In this document: piece after piece, positions 48,953 through 59,200 of the stretch
Numbering within the stretch: the first letter of the stretch is position 1
Layout: the number at the start of each line of letters is the position of its first letter
NCBI GenBank assembly: GCA_963662335.2
Contig: CAXXVD010000001.1
Span: 640,001-704,000 of the forward strand
DNA length: 64,000 nucleotides
Direction of reading: 5' to 3'
Source: Chloroflexota bacterium
Lineage (GTDB): Bacteria > Chloroflexota > UBA11872 > VXOZ01
The notes under the pieces: generated by a model
The model's input: only the letters and a program-made list of their open reading frames with translations
Told to the model about the DNA's origin: nothing
Databases searched by the model: none
Position numbers and translations under genes: made by a program

Positions 48953-50545
48953 ATGGACGTATTGAAGCGACGTTTCGCTTACCTGTGGGCGTTGGCGCTC
49001 TTGTTGCTGTTGCCGGCGTGCGGCACCGTGGTGGTGCAAGAGCCGGCAGCGGTAGAGCCGCCCAGCGCGCGCGACGTCACGCTGGCGTACGTGCAAGCGG
49101 CCATTGCCCGCTACGAGCAAAGCGGCCTGGATGCGACGGTCGCATACTACAATAGCGTCGAGAGCGTCGCCGACGGGCGGAGCTTGATGCTGCTGCAAGC
49201 CGGCGAGCAGACCGTCCTGGCCACCGCGCTCTACCCGGCGCTCAGAGGTTCAGCGATGTTCAGCGGGCCGAACACCCCGCTGGGGCGCCAATTCTCCCAG
49301 GCCACCGCGGCCGGATTCTGGTTCCAGGACTTCTCGGTGAATCCGCGTACCGGCGAGCAAGAGCCGAGCGAGTTCGTGGCCGTGCTGCACAAGGACCTGA
49401 TCTTCGTCTCGGTGCACGCCGTCCTGCGGGAGAACCTGGCGGCAGCCGCCAAGGACTACGTGCAACGGGCGCTCGACTTCTTCGACCGCGAGGGGCTGGA
49501 CGCGACGATAGCATTCTATGATAGCTGGCAGAGCCTGGACGGGCAGTTCTATCTCTTCCTCATCGGCGCAGACGACATCTACCTCGCTCATCCGATCTTC
49601 CCGCACCTGAAAGGCACCGACATCAAGGACGTGGTGGCCTCTGACGGGTATGCGTTGGGCAAGGAGATTGCCAAGGCGACGGCGGAAGGCCATTGGGTGG
49701 ACTACTTGTGGCCGCACCCGGTGACCCGGCTGGAGGAGGCCAAGAGCACCTGGGTCGTCCGCCACGCCGGCCTGATATTTGCCTCAGGCTATTACACGCC
49801 GGGTCCCGATGCGGAAGAACCGGCCTGGAAGGACGCCGACCCCCATGACTATACGGTGACCTACGTGCGCAAGGCGATTGAGCGCTATGACCGCGACGGC
49901 CTGGAAGCGTTCACGCACTACTACCAGAGCGTGGCGAGTTTCGAGGGGCAGTGGTACCTGTTCGCGATGGACGCCAACGACGTCTACATACTGCACCCGC
50001 TGCTGCCGCAATTGATCGGCACGGACATCAAGGACGTGGTGGATTCTACCGGGTACGAGTTAGGCAAGGAAATTGCCAAGGCGACGGCGGAGGGCCATTG
50101 GATCGAGTATCTTTGGCCGCACCCGTTCACCTTGCAGGACGCGCCCAAGGTTGCCTACGCGCTCCGGCACGACAATCGCATCTTTGCTTCCGGCTACTAT
50201 CCGGCGCCGGATCCCGAGGCGGCCACGCGCGCCTACGTCGAGAAAGCCATCGCGTACTACGCTGAGCATGGGCTCGAGGCGACGGTGAAACACTACAACA
50301 GCCTCGAGAGCATCGAGGGTCAGTGGTTCTTGCAACTCACCGACGGCGATGGCAAGTTCCTCACCTTTGCCATCGCTCCCCAACTCGTCGGCACCAGCAC
50401 AGGCAAGAGGGGTTCACCCGAAGGGGAATGGTACGTTTCGGAGAACGTGGACAATCCCCAAACGCCGGAGAAGGATGTCTTGCACCTCTTGCTCATCCTG
50501 CACGATGGGCTCCACTTTGGCGCGGGGTACTTCGCCTCCGAATAG
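48953..50545 (+). CDS. Lipoprotein of four tandem single-Cache-like domains
   Basis: LPAC lipobox; four repeats of YV..AI..(Y/F)...GL.A...Y..S..G..LF; repeats 2 and 3 share GTDIKDVV..GY.LGKEIAKATAEGHW..YLWPHP. Confidence 0.8.
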   Translation: MDVLKRRFAYLWALALLLLLPACGTVVVQEPAAVEPPSARDVTLAYVQAAIARYEQSGLDATVAYYNSVESVADGRSLMLLQAGEQTVLATALYPALRGSAMFSGPNTPLGRQFSQATAAGFWFQDFSVNPRTGEQEPSEFVAVLHKDLIFVSVHAVLRENLAAAAKDYVQRALDFFDREGLDATIAFYDSWQSLDGQFYLFLIGADDIYLAHPIFPHLKGTDIKDVVASDGYALGKEIAKATAEGHWVDYLWPHPVTRLEEAKSTWVVRHAGLIFASGYYTPGPDAEEPAWKDADPHDYTVTYVRKAIERYDRDGLEAFTHYYQSVASFEGQWYLFAMDANDVYILHPLLPQLIGTDIKDVVDSTGYELGKEIAKATAEGHWIEYLWPHPFTLQDAPKVAYALRHDNRIFASGYYPAPDPEAATRAYVEKAIAYYAEHGLEATVKHYNSLESIEGQWFLQLTDGDGKFLTFAIAPQLVGTSTGKRGSPEGEWYVSENVDNPQTPEKDVLHLLLILHDGLHFGAGYFASE

Positions 50546-50637
50546 GGAGATAGCGCGCGCGCGCCCGGCGGGGCGGCTATGGCCGCCCCGCCGGGCTAGG
50601 GTCGCTTCGCCGGAAAGTGTTGCGCCCCCTCTCTCCG

Positions 50638-50684
50638 GTAGCGTAGGTTTGCAACCTGCGTCGCCGGTAGGTTCGCAACCTGCG
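50638..50684. repeat. GTAG(CGTAG)GTTTGCAACCTGCG REP x2
   Basis: Same family as 46987. Confidence 0.8.
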
Positions 50685-50859
50685 CCGCCGGGAAGAGGAG
50701 GCGTTTCCCGTCTTTGGCGCGGATTCTCACGCGGCAGCCGCAAGACTTTCCTCATACTGGATGGGGGCGCAGCGACGATCTGCGCGGGCGCGCGGCCCAT
50801 GAGGGCGTGGCGCATCTGCGCAGGGCGCGATCCCGCGCCGCGCCGCCGGCCGCGGTAGC

Positions 50860-52629
50860 CTACGCCGATGCCTTTTCGCGCGCCGCGGACACGTTGATGA
50901 CGTCGATGCCCTGGAACTTCGTGTGGTGCACGGATGAAGCGTAGTGCCGCAGGAGGCGTATCGAGGCGTCTTGTTCGGCTTCGGGGTCCGGGGATTCCCC
51001 CAGGTAGGCGATTTGGTCTTCGATGTTCCCTTCACCGGCGGCCGCCAGGAACTCGAAGTGCGCGCTATCGCCTTCCATGCGCAGGCTTATGACCAAGCGC
51101 CGTTCCGAGGCGGCGGCATCTTCATCGTCCTCCTGCACCAGGCTCAAGAGCAGTTCTTCGCCAATGGCGCGCAGGCGTTCCGTGCCGGCTGTCGTCCACT
51201 TGTGCCGCTCGCCGAACGCTACGATGAACTCGTCGATGGTCGGCAGCGACTCCGCGCGCAGCGGCGCTTCGATCTTCCGCTGCCGCGAGCCGGTGAGTTC
51301 CTGCACGAACGTCAGTCCCAACGCCATCAGGCCGCCCACGGTCACGCCGCTGCCGAGCAAGTCCCGCACGATCCCGCCAAAGAACGCCGCAATCGTCTCG
51401 GCCATGAGGCCGGACATGAGCGAAACGGCGATGATGAGCGTCTTGCGGTGGTCGAGCTTGGTGGAAAGCGCCACCCGCGCCCCTTCCACGAAGAGCAGGC
51501 CGAAGACGATCACGTAGACCGCCATGAGCACCGCGTCCGGAATGGCCATGAGAAACGCCACCAGCTTGGGCAAAAGCGCCGCGCCGATGGTGAAGAGGCC
51601 CAGATAGATGCCGACGCCGCGCGCGGCGACGCCGGTGAGCGTGACGTACGTGGCGGTGAGCGCCCACGGCGTGGTGGCGGACGGGATGCCCAACGCGCCG
51701 GCGAAGAGGTTGCCAATGCCGTAAGCGTTCAGCCCGCCCTGCACCACGCGGAAATCCTGCGCGCGATACTCCCGGCGCGAGGCGCGCTGGATGACGGCGG
51801 TGTCGCCCACGGCTTTCACGAACGTCACCAGGCCGACGAAGATGAAGGTCGGCAGCAGCGAGAAGAAGTCAACGCTGAAACTCAGGTCGAAGCCTTCCCA
51901 CACCGGCGGGGGGAAGCCAACCCACGCCGCCGCGGCCACCGCGCTGTTGTCATAGAGTCCGAAAGGAAGAGAAGCGGCGAGGCCGGCCAGGATCATAATG
52001 CCGACAATCCAGAGCCGCCACGCTTGCGGCGCCCGCAAGACTACCAGCACGCCCACCGTCAAGGTTACGCCAAACACCACGAACGCTTCCCGTAGCAGGT
52101 CTTCAGGCGTATCGGAAATGACGCTGCGGGAGAGAAACGGCGCGGCGGTTGAGGCCACCAGCATGACGATCGTGCCGCTGACGACGGGCGTAAACACGCG
52201 GCGCAAGAGCGCTAACCGCCACGTAAGCAAAATCTGCGCCAGCGTGGAGACGACGGTCAGGCTCGCCAGCAGCGCCGGCCCGCCTTTCGCCAGCGCCAGC
52301 GTGGAGATGGCGATGAAGGGAATGTTGAACCCGGTCAGGATCAGGTGGCCCGAGCCAATTCTGCCCAGGCGGAAGACCTGCAACATCGTCGTCAGGCCGC
52401 AACTGACCAGCGTCATGAAGACGGCCCACAGCAAGTAGCCGCCGGGATAGCCGGAAAAGCGGATGACCGCGGTGGACATCACCACAACCATGACCACGTT
52501 TGGCGCGGCCATCTGCGCGGCGGTGGCTATGGCCGGCAGCGGCGGACACGTCTCCTCCGGCTCGTAGAGGATATTGGGGTTTACGGCTCTCGCTTCGTTC
52601 ATCGCAGAATTCGCCAACCGCGCCTCCAT
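50860..52629 (-). CDS. Second NCS2 family permease with C-terminal HATPase/anti-sigma-like domain (start may be 52602)
   Basis: YEPEETCP, TMLQVFRLGRIGSG, FTPVVSGT, LTGVAARGVG; tail RLRAIGEELL...GNIEDQIAYL...SIRLLRHYASSVHH.KFQGIDV. Confidence 0.8.
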   Translation of the reverse strand: MEARLANSAMNEARAVNPNILYEPEETCPPLPAIATAAQMAAPNVVMVVVMSTAVIRFSGYPGGYLLWAVFMTLVSCGLTTMLQVFRLGRIGSGHLILTGFNIPFIAISTLALAKGGPALLASLTVVSTLAQILLTWRLALLRRVFTPVVSGTIVMLVASTAAPFLSRSVISDTPEDLLREAFVVFGVTLTVGVLVVLRAPQAWRLWIVGIMILAGLAASLPFGLYDNSAVAAAAWVGFPPPVWEGFDLSFSVDFFSLLPTFIFVGLVTFVKAVGDTAVIQRASRREYRAQDFRVVQGGLNAYGIGNLFAGALGIPSATTPWALTATYVTLTGVAARGVGIYLGLFTIGAALLPKLVAFLMAIPDAVLMAVYVIVFGLLFVEGARVALSTKLDHRKTLIIAVSLMSGLMAETIAAFFGGIVRDLLGSGVTVGGLMALGLTFVQELTGSRQRKIEAPLRAESLPTIDEFIVAFGERHKWTTAGTERLRAIGEELLLSLVQEDDEDAAASERRLVISLRMEGDSAHFEFLAAAGEGNIEDQIAYLGESPDPEAEQDASIRLLRHYASSVHHTKFQGIDVINVSAAREKASA

Positions 52630-52977
52630 CCGCCTGGGCCGCCGGCTCCTGGCGCCTCACCGGCGCCCCGCCAGCAGAATACTTCCACCCCGCCGGCGCC
52701 GTCGCGCGCGGCGCCCTGCGCGTACAATGATTGAATGATACGATAGTTCGCCGGAGCGCGCATTTCAAGTGAAGAAGAAAGCGATGCGAGAGGGAAAACT
52801 GGCCCGGGCGCGATGGGCGCTCGCGCCGGCGCTGCGCGGCGGCCTATAGAAGTGTACGTGGCGGAGACGATGCCGCGTCGTGCGCAATGAGCCGGCTTGA
52901 CGAGAAGCGCGTTGTCGTTCGCCCGGCGCGCGCGGGCGTTGAGTCAAGGGCCGGTCGTTGGCCGGCAGGAAACTACT

Positions 52978-53913
52978 ATGAACTATGGTAGCAAATCGTG
53001 GCTCGTCTTTCTCTGGCTGCTCATAGTGGCGCTTGCGGGCTGCGCCGCGCCGCCTGAATCGCAAGCCGTCGACAGGATAGCGGCCGGGGAAGGCGGCAGC
53101 GCCACCGCCGGAGCGAACGCGCCCCACCCCAGGGACTGTCCGCTATCCGTTCCCAGCATCGCGAAGCCGCCGGATTCCCCGTACCGCGACCCGCTGCCGC
53201 GCGGCCTCTACTTCATCAGCGCCGATAAGGCAATCTGGGCGATGGTAGAACCCTGGCGGCAAGGGACCCAAAAAGCGCTGTGGGTCAAACCGGCCGGCGC
53301 GCAACTGGTGGTGCGGGGCCGGCGGCTGGACGGCGATGCCGCGCCGCTCTGGGCCGCTATTCCCGCCGGGTACGACGGCGACTTTCAGGCGAGCCGGTTG
53401 CTCTTCCCTACCGCCGGCTGCTGGGAGATCGAAGCCCGCGCCAATGACAGCGTGTTGCGCTTCGTCTACTACATCAAGCCGGAGCCGGCGCCCGCGCCAG
53501 AGCCGGCGTGCGCGCAGATTGGCGACGTGGTCAAGCCGGACAGGGTGATAATCGTGGGCCGCGTCGAGCAGCGCGCGCTGGACGCCAGCGGACGCTGGCT
53601 CTGGCTGAGCGTCCGCGTGAAGCAAGACCTGTATCCCTATTCATTGCGATGGGAAACTGTGGGCATTGACGACGTGCTCCCGGTCCTGCAGGACGGTCGG
53701 CAGGAACCTCTGCTTGCCGCAGAGAACGACTACGTGCTCGCGCTCCACGGCGATCCGTGGCAGATCCTCTGTCCACGGCAGACGCTGGCAAAGGTTGACT
53801 ATGCGCAGGAGCCCGCCCGCGCGGCGCCGCTAGCGCCGGACGAAACGCTCTGGTCGGGAGCGACGGTGGCGGCAATCGAAGCCCAAATCAAGGCGGCGCA
53901 GCGGTCGCAATAG
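52978..53913 (+). CDS. Hypothetical lipoprotein
   Basis: AGGA RBS, LAGC lipobox, GRRLDG..FQASRLLFPTAGCWE motif, several Cys. Confidence 0.75.
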   Translation: MNYGSKSWLVFLWLLIVALAGCAAPPESQAVDRIAAGEGGSATAGANAPHPRDCPLSVPSIAKPPDSPYRDPLPRGLYFISADKAIWAMVEPWRQGTQKALWVKPAGAQLVVRGRRLDGDAAPLWAAIPAGYDGDFQASRLLFPTAGCWEIEARANDSVLRFVYYIKPEPAPAPEPACAQIGDVVKPDRVIIVGRVEQRALDASGRWLWLSVRVKQDLYPYSLRWETVGIDDVLPVLQDGRQEPLLAAENDYVLALHGDPWQILCPRQTLAKVDYAQEPARAAPLAPDETLWSGATVAAIEAQIKAAQRSQ

Positions 53914-54029
53914 AGCCGCTGAGCGGTTGCGCGCGCCGGCAGGCTTCAGTAGGGCGGCGCGGATGCAGTCTTGTCCAAAGCGGATGGCTCAATCGCCAAA
54001 GGCTCGAGGAAGCGGCCTGGCAATCTCAC

Positions 54030-55142
54030 CTACAGAAAGACCATGTTGTTGCGGTGGACGGCCTCGTCGCCGAAGGACTCAGGCAGCAGGTTGGCGATCT
54101 CGCTGGAGTTCTTGCCCATGATCTTGCGCAGTTCGTCGGACGGGTAGTTCGCCAGGCCGCAGGCGAAAGCGTCCCCGCCCGCGGCGCGGATTTCCACCGT
54201 ATCGCCCCGCTGGAACGCGCCTTCCACCGCGATGATGCCGGCCGGCAGCAGGCTGCGGCCGTTGCGCAGCAGGGCGTTGGCCGCGCCGGCGTCGACGATG
54301 AGGCGGTGGCCGCGGGCCAGGTCCGACGCCATCCAGGCCTCCCGCAGTTTGCGGGTGCGGCTGACCTTGCTGGCAAAGCGGGTGCCCACCGGCTCGCCCG
54401 CGGCCACGGCCAGCATCACGTCCGGCAGCGTGCCCCGGCAGATCACCACGTCCGTGCCGGCGGCGGTGGCCATGCGGGCGGCCTTGATCTTGGTGGCCAT
54501 GCCGCCGACGCTGCGGGCCGAGCCCGCGCCGCCGGCCATCGCCTCCACCTCGCGCGTGATGCTCGCCACTACCGGCACGTGGGTCGCGGCGGCGTCGCTG
54601 CGCGGATCGGCGGTATAGAGGCCCTCGATGTCCGTCAGCATGGCGAGCAGATCGGCGTCGACCAGATTGGCCACCAGCGCGGAGAGCGTATCGTTGTCGC
54701 CAATCTGGTGCAGTTCGGCCACGGCGACCACGTCGTTCTCGTTGCAGATCGGCAGGACGCCGGCTTCCAGCAGCCCCAGCAGCGTATTGCGCGCGTTCAG
54801 GTAGCCGTCGCGCTGCAATTCCGTGCTGGTGAAGAGCGCCTGGGCCACGGCGATGCCGTAGGGCGCAAAGAGTTCGGCATAGGCGTTCATGAGGAGCGGC
54901 TGGCCGATGGCGGCGAAGATCTGGCGCGCGGGAATGCCCTTGCCCTCCGGCGGCGGCACGCCGGCGCTCGCGCCCGCCGCCACCGCGCCGGAGGTGACCA
55001 GCACCACTTGCTTGCCCTGCCCGCGCAAGGCGCCGATCTGGCGCGCGTAGTCGGCCATGCGCGCGCGATCGAGTTGCTTGCCGCCGTGGGTGAGCAGATT
55101 GGTGCCGATCTTGATGACGATGCGTTGCCGAGATGCCGCCAT
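54030..55142 (-). CDS. proB: Glutamate 5-kinase
   Basis: IVIKIGT, VTSGAVAAG, NENDVV, GDNDTLSA, GGMATK, PUA domain. Confidence 0.96.
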   Translation of the reverse strand: MAASRQRIVIKIGTNLLTHGGKQLDRARMADYARQIGALRGQGKQVVLVTSGAVAAGASAGVPPPEGKGIPARQIFAAIGQPLLMNAYAELFAPYGIAVAQALFTSTELQRDGYLNARNTLLGLLEAGVLPICNENDVVAVAELHQIGDNDTLSALVANLVDADLLAMLTDIEGLYTADPRSDAAATHVPVVASITREVEAMAGGAGSARSVGGMATKIKAARMATAAGTDVVICRGTLPDVMLAVAAGEPVGTRFASKVSRTRKLREAWMASDLARGHRLIVDAGAANALLRNGRSLLPAGIIAVEGAFQRGDTVEIRAAGGDAFACGLANYPSDELRKIMGKNSSEIANLLPESFGDEAVHRNNMVFL

Positions 55143-55312
55143 GTATTGCCTACCGTTTACCAAAAGAGGAAAAAACGCCTACCAAGACAGAATACCAAGC
55201 CCGCCGTGTTGCACGAAAGCGGCATGATTAGGCAAGATTATTCTAGCACGGCGCTCTTGGCGCGGGCCGTGCGCACCGGCGGCCATTGAACGCGGGAGTT
55301 GAGCAACGGCTT

Positions 55313-56005
55313 ATGGACATCCAAGCACTCAGTCTGATACTTGCGGCGTACGTAGTGGGAGCGTTTCCCTTCGTCTACTTGCTCGGGCGGCTTGCCGGGG
55401 TAGACCTGCGGGACGAGGGCAGCCAGAATGTCGGCGGGACGAATCTGTGGCGCACGGTGGGGCCGCTTGCCGGGGTCATGGGCGCGGCGCTGGACGTGGG
55501 CAAGGGCGTGGCGCTTGTGCTGGCAGCCCGGGCCCTGAACTTCGATGAAGGCGTTGTGGGGCTGGCCGCAATTGCGGCCGTAGTGGGACAGTGCTGGCCG
55601 GTCTTCCTCCGTTTTCGCGGCGGTCGCGGCATTTCGGTGGTGGGCGGGGCCGTGGTCGCCTACTCGCCCCTGACCTTTGTCCTGGCCGTCCTACCGGCTG
55701 TCGCCGGTTTGGCGGCCTACGCCATTATCATGAGCCGCCAGCAGCAGGACGCCGCCACGATCATCGAGGGAAGCGGTGGCAACAGCCGCACCGTACCCGT
55801 TTGCATGATGTTCTCGATTGTGATCCTGCCTTTCATGGGCGCTGCCCTCGGCGAGTCGTTCTCTGATGTAAGTTTATTTGCGGCACTCTCGCTACTCTTG
55901 ATTCTGCGCCGTCTCACCGCCGGCCTGCGACAAGACTGGGGTTCCGCAATCCCGCTCTTTAGACGGTTGCGCAACCGGTTTCTCTACGACCGCGCCCAAG
56001 TGTAG
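55313..56005 (+). CDS. plsY: Glycerol-3-phosphate acyltransferase PlsY
   Basis: DLRDEGSQNVGGTN, DVGKG, GQCWPVFLRFRGGRG. Confidence 0.85.
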   Translation: MDIQALSLILAAYVVGAFPFVYLLGRLAGVDLRDEGSQNVGGTNLWRTVGPLAGVMGAALDVGKGVALVLAARALNFDEGVVGLAAIAAVVGQCWPVFLRFRGGRGISVVGGAVVAYSPLTFVLAVLPAVAGLAAYAIIMSRQQQDAATIIEGSGGNSRTVPVCMMFSIVILPFMGAALGESFSDVSLFAALSLLLILRRLTAGLRQDWGSAIPLFRRLRNRFLYDRAQV

Positions 56006-56028
56006 GCAACCATAGAGAATGGTCCTCC

Positions 56029-57750
56029 CTAGTATCCCATGGCTACGGAGGTCGGGTAGTACGGATCGGCGGCGCCGATGAGCAAACGGCCCTGCCGCTG
56101 GATCGCCACCGGACTGGCAAAGTAGCGCGGCAGGAAGGCCTCTTCCGCCGCAACGACGTCGTGACCGCGCCGGGCCAGTTCCGCGCGCACGGCCGGGTCG
56201 ATGCGGACGCTTACGATCGGGCGCAACGTGCTGCAATCGATGCGCGGCGCGTCCACCGCGGCTTGCGCGTCCAGGTCGAAGTCCACCAGGTTCACGGCCA
56301 GTTGCGTCACGGTATTGATGATGCGCCGGCCGCCGGAAGCGCCCAGCGCCGCCAGCGCCGTGCCGCCGCGTTCCAGCACGATTGGGCACATGTTGTTCAG
56401 CGGTTTCTTGCCGCCTTCCGTCGAGTTGCTCGTGCCCGGCTCCGGGTTGTACCACATCATGCCGTTGTTCAGCAGCACGCCGGTGTCCGGCGCCACCACC
56501 CGCGAGCCCCAGGCCGAGAGCAGCGTCTGCGTCAGCGCCACCGCGTTGCCCGCGCCGTCCATCGCGGCCAGGTGTGTGGTGGATTCCGCGTTGGAACCGG
56601 GCACGGGCCGTGACTCCCCCGCGCCGTTGCCCGCCTGGTACCGCCAGGGATCGCCCGGCGCGCGTTCCGGTTGCGCCCGCTCCGGCTCGATCGTCCGCGC
56701 CAGCGCCGCGGCATAGTCTTTCGCCAGCAGGCCGTCCAGCGGCACCGGCGTGCGCGCCGGGTCGGCCATGTAGGCGAAACGATCGGCAAAGGCCTGGCCG
56801 GAGGCCTCGATGAACGTATGCAAATGGTCGGCCGTATTGTGGCCGCACGCGCGCACGTCGAAGTTCTCAAGGATGTTCAGGGTCGCCATCGCGGTGGGCG
56901 CGCCGGTGCCGCCCCTCATGCCGATCACGTTCGCGCCCCGGTACGTCCCCAGGACGGACTCCGTGTGCACGGTTGCTTCATACTGCGCAAAGTCGCCGGC
57001 GGTCAGAATGCCGCCGTTTTCCTGCACGTGGCGGGCGATCTTCTCCCCAAGCGCGCCGCCGTAGAGCGCGGACGGGCCTTCCTCCGCCAACGCACGCAGC
57101 GTGGCGGCCAGTTCCGGCTGCCGCAACCGGCCCGCCTCCCCCGGCTCCATGGCGAACGGCAGGCGGTGGGGATAACCGTCGCTGAGATAGGTAGCCGCGG
57201 TTGCGGGAAATTGCCGCAGCAAGGCCAGGTCTTGCGCCTGCCACATGGTCTCGAACCAGGAGAGCGCAAAACCCTCTTCCGCCAGGCGAATGGCCGGTTC
57301 GACAGCGCGGTCCAGCCCAATCGTGCCAAAGCGTCCCAGGGCCGCCGCCATGCCGGCCACCATGCCCGGGATGGCAATCGACCGGTAGCCGTAGATGTTG
57401 GCGTTGCCTTCGACCAGGCGCCAGCCGAAGAGTTCGCTATCATAGCCTTCCGCCAGCCGCCACATGTCGGGCGCGGCCGCCAGCGGGGCTTGCATGGGAA
57501 AGGCCACCACCGCCCGCTGCCGGGTCTCCGGCATGAAGATCGACATGTAGCCGCCGCCGCCCACGCCGCTCATGGGCGGCTCCACCACGCCGGCGGCAAA
57601 GGCGGTGGCTACGGCGGCGTCCACCGCGTTGCCGCCGGCTTGCAGCACTTCCCGGCCGGCCTGGGCGGCCAGGCGGTGCTTGGCCGCCACCATGCCCCCG
57701 GCCGCTTCCGCGCCGCGCACGTTTGCTTCCCACTGGGATTCCGTGGCCAT
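56029..57750 (-). CDS. ggt: Gamma-glutamyltransferase family protein
   Basis: GGNAVDAAVA, SGVGGGG, STTHL, LTQTL, LLNNGM, GASGGRRI; AGGAG RBS. Confidence 0.92.
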   Translation of the reverse strand: MATESQWEANVRGAEAAGGMVAAKHRLAAQAGREVLQAGGNAVDAAVATAFAAGVVEPPMSGVGGGGYMSIFMPETRQRAVVAFPMQAPLAAAPDMWRLAEGYDSELFGWRLVEGNANIYGYRSIAIPGMVAGMAAALGRFGTIGLDRAVEPAIRLAEEGFALSWFETMWQAQDLALLRQFPATAATYLSDGYPHRLPFAMEPGEAGRLRQPELAATLRALAEEGPSALYGGALGEKIARHVQENGGILTAGDFAQYEATVHTESVLGTYRGANVIGMRGGTGAPTAMATLNILENFDVRACGHNTADHLHTFIEASGQAFADRFAYMADPARTPVPLDGLLAKDYAAALARTIEPERAQPERAPGDPWRYQAGNGAGESRPVPGSNAESTTHLAAMDGAGNAVALTQTLLSAWGSRVVAPDTGVLLNNGMMWYNPEPGTSNSTEGGKKPLNNMCPIVLERGGTALAALGASGGRRIINTVTQLAVNLVDFDLDAQAAVDAPRIDCSTLRPIVSVRIDPAVRAELARRGHDVVAAEEAFLPRYFASPVAIQRQGRLLIGAADPYYPTSVAMGY

Positions 57751-57809
57751 TGCTACTCCTGTTCCTTGAGGCGGGGCGCTATCCGCTTGGACACCGCGCG
57801 TCGTGCCGG

Positions 57810-58097
57810 TCAGCCCACACCGAGAGTGACGTACCCAAGCGCTTGGAGAATGTACAGCCCGGCGGCGGCGGCGATCGTGAGCAGAGCGATGATCTGCACC
57901 GTTTTCACGATCGGCCGCAAGAGGGCACCGACGACGCGCGAAATCAGCGAGAAGACCACGAGCACGCCAATGCCGACTCCGACCCAAATGCCCCAATCGG
58001 GAATCTGCTCCAATTCGCGCGGGCCGACGGTGCGCAGCCAGGTGGTCGCGGCGTCCAGCGCCTCTTCCGCGATTGCGAGCCAATCTTCCGTGTTCAC
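57810..58097 (-). CDS. Hypothetical 2-TM membrane protein
   Basis: GGGGAG RBS, two hydrophobic helices. Confidence 0.7.
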   Translation of the reverse strand: MNTEDWLAIAEEALDAATTWLRTVGPRELEQIPDWGIWVGVGIGVLVVFSLISRVVGALLRPIVKTVQIIALLTIAAAAGLYILQALGYVTLGVG

Positions 58098-58373
58098 CTG
58101 GCGTCGTTCTCCCCTCTAAAGCGTGTTCCCATTGTCAAACCGCCCATGCGCCGCTGTCAACACTGTGGCGTCCGTGCGGCGCGCGGCTTTGCGGTATCAT
58201 TAAGCAGGTTCCGGCGAGCGTCCGCAGACCGGCGCTCTGCCCGGCGCCACCGGATAGCTCTAACCGAAAGTCTCTCGTAATCGCGGCTCTATGGCTGCGC
58301 CGGTCACAGCAAACGAACTAACGTCGTCGCGTACGCGCTGTGCCCGCGCGTACGCATTCTAAGGAGAAAAGGC

Positions 58374-59153
58374 ATGTATACCATTGACCTACACGGCAAG
58401 CACGCGCTCGTGATGGGCGTGGCCAACAAGGAGAGCGCGGCCTGGGCCATCGTGCAGGCGCTGGCCGGCGCCGGCGCGCGCATTGCCCTGAACTACCAGA
58501 CCGAACGCCTGGCCTCCCGCGTGCAGGACCTGGCGGCCACGCTGGACGAGCCGCTGGTAGCCCCCTGCGACGTGACGCATTCCGGCGAAGTGGCGGCACT
58601 GTTTTCCCGTGTGGAACAAGAATTCGGCACGCTGGACATCCTGGTGCATAGCCTGGCCTTTGCCAGCCGGGACGAATTTGCCAAAGAGTTCGTGGAGACC
58701 TCGCGCGACGGCTTTCTGCAAGCCATCGAAATCAGCGCCCACTCGCTGATAACGCTTTCGCGGGCGGCGCTGCCCCTAATGCAAGCGGCCGGCGGCGGCA
58801 GCGTGATGGCGCTGACGTATCTCGGCGGCGAGCGCGTGGTGGCGGGCTACAAGCTGATGGGCCCGGCCAAGGCCACGCTGGAGGCCAACGTGCGCTATCT
58901 GGCGGAGAACCTCGGCCCCCACAACGTCCGCGTGAACGCCATCTCGGCCGGGGCTATGCGCACCCTCTCGCTGGCGGGCATTCCCGGCGGCCGCAACTTC
59001 CTGCTGGATCTACCGGAACGCACCCCGCTGCGCCGCAACATCACCCAGGCCGAGGTGGGCGACACCGCCCTCTACCTGGCCTCGCCCCTCTCCTCAGGCG
59101 TAACCGGCGAGACCATCCATGTGGACGCGGGGTACCACATCATCGGCCTCTAG
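58374..59153 (+). CDS. fabI: Enoyl-ACP reductase FabI
   Basis: MGVANKESAAW, VHSLAFA, LTYLG, Y..MGPAKA, RVNAISAG. Confidence 0.93.
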   Translation: MYTIDLHGKHALVMGVANKESAAWAIVQALAGAGARIALNYQTERLASRVQDLAATLDEPLVAPCDVTHSGEVAALFSRVEQEFGTLDILVHSLAFASRDEFAKEFVETSRDGFLQAIEISAHSLITLSRAALPLMQAAGGGSVMALTYLGGERVVAGYKLMGPAKATLEANVRYLAENLGPHNVRVNAISAGAMRTLSLAGIPGGRNFLLDLPERTPLRRNITQAEVGDTALYLASPLSSGVTGETIHVDAGYHIIGL

Positions 59154-59200
59154 ATTGTGATCGCCGCTGCCTCGGTCGGCGCTTATCTGTGGAGAATGCA

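Noticed and set aside
3461-57733. Many long antisense or alternative-frame ORFs (e.g. 3461-4930 part, 11245-12687, 17646-19301, 21367-22830, 47294-48556)
   Set aside because: Shadow ORFs typical of high-GC coding DNA; they overlap well-supported genes and have no recognisable motifs
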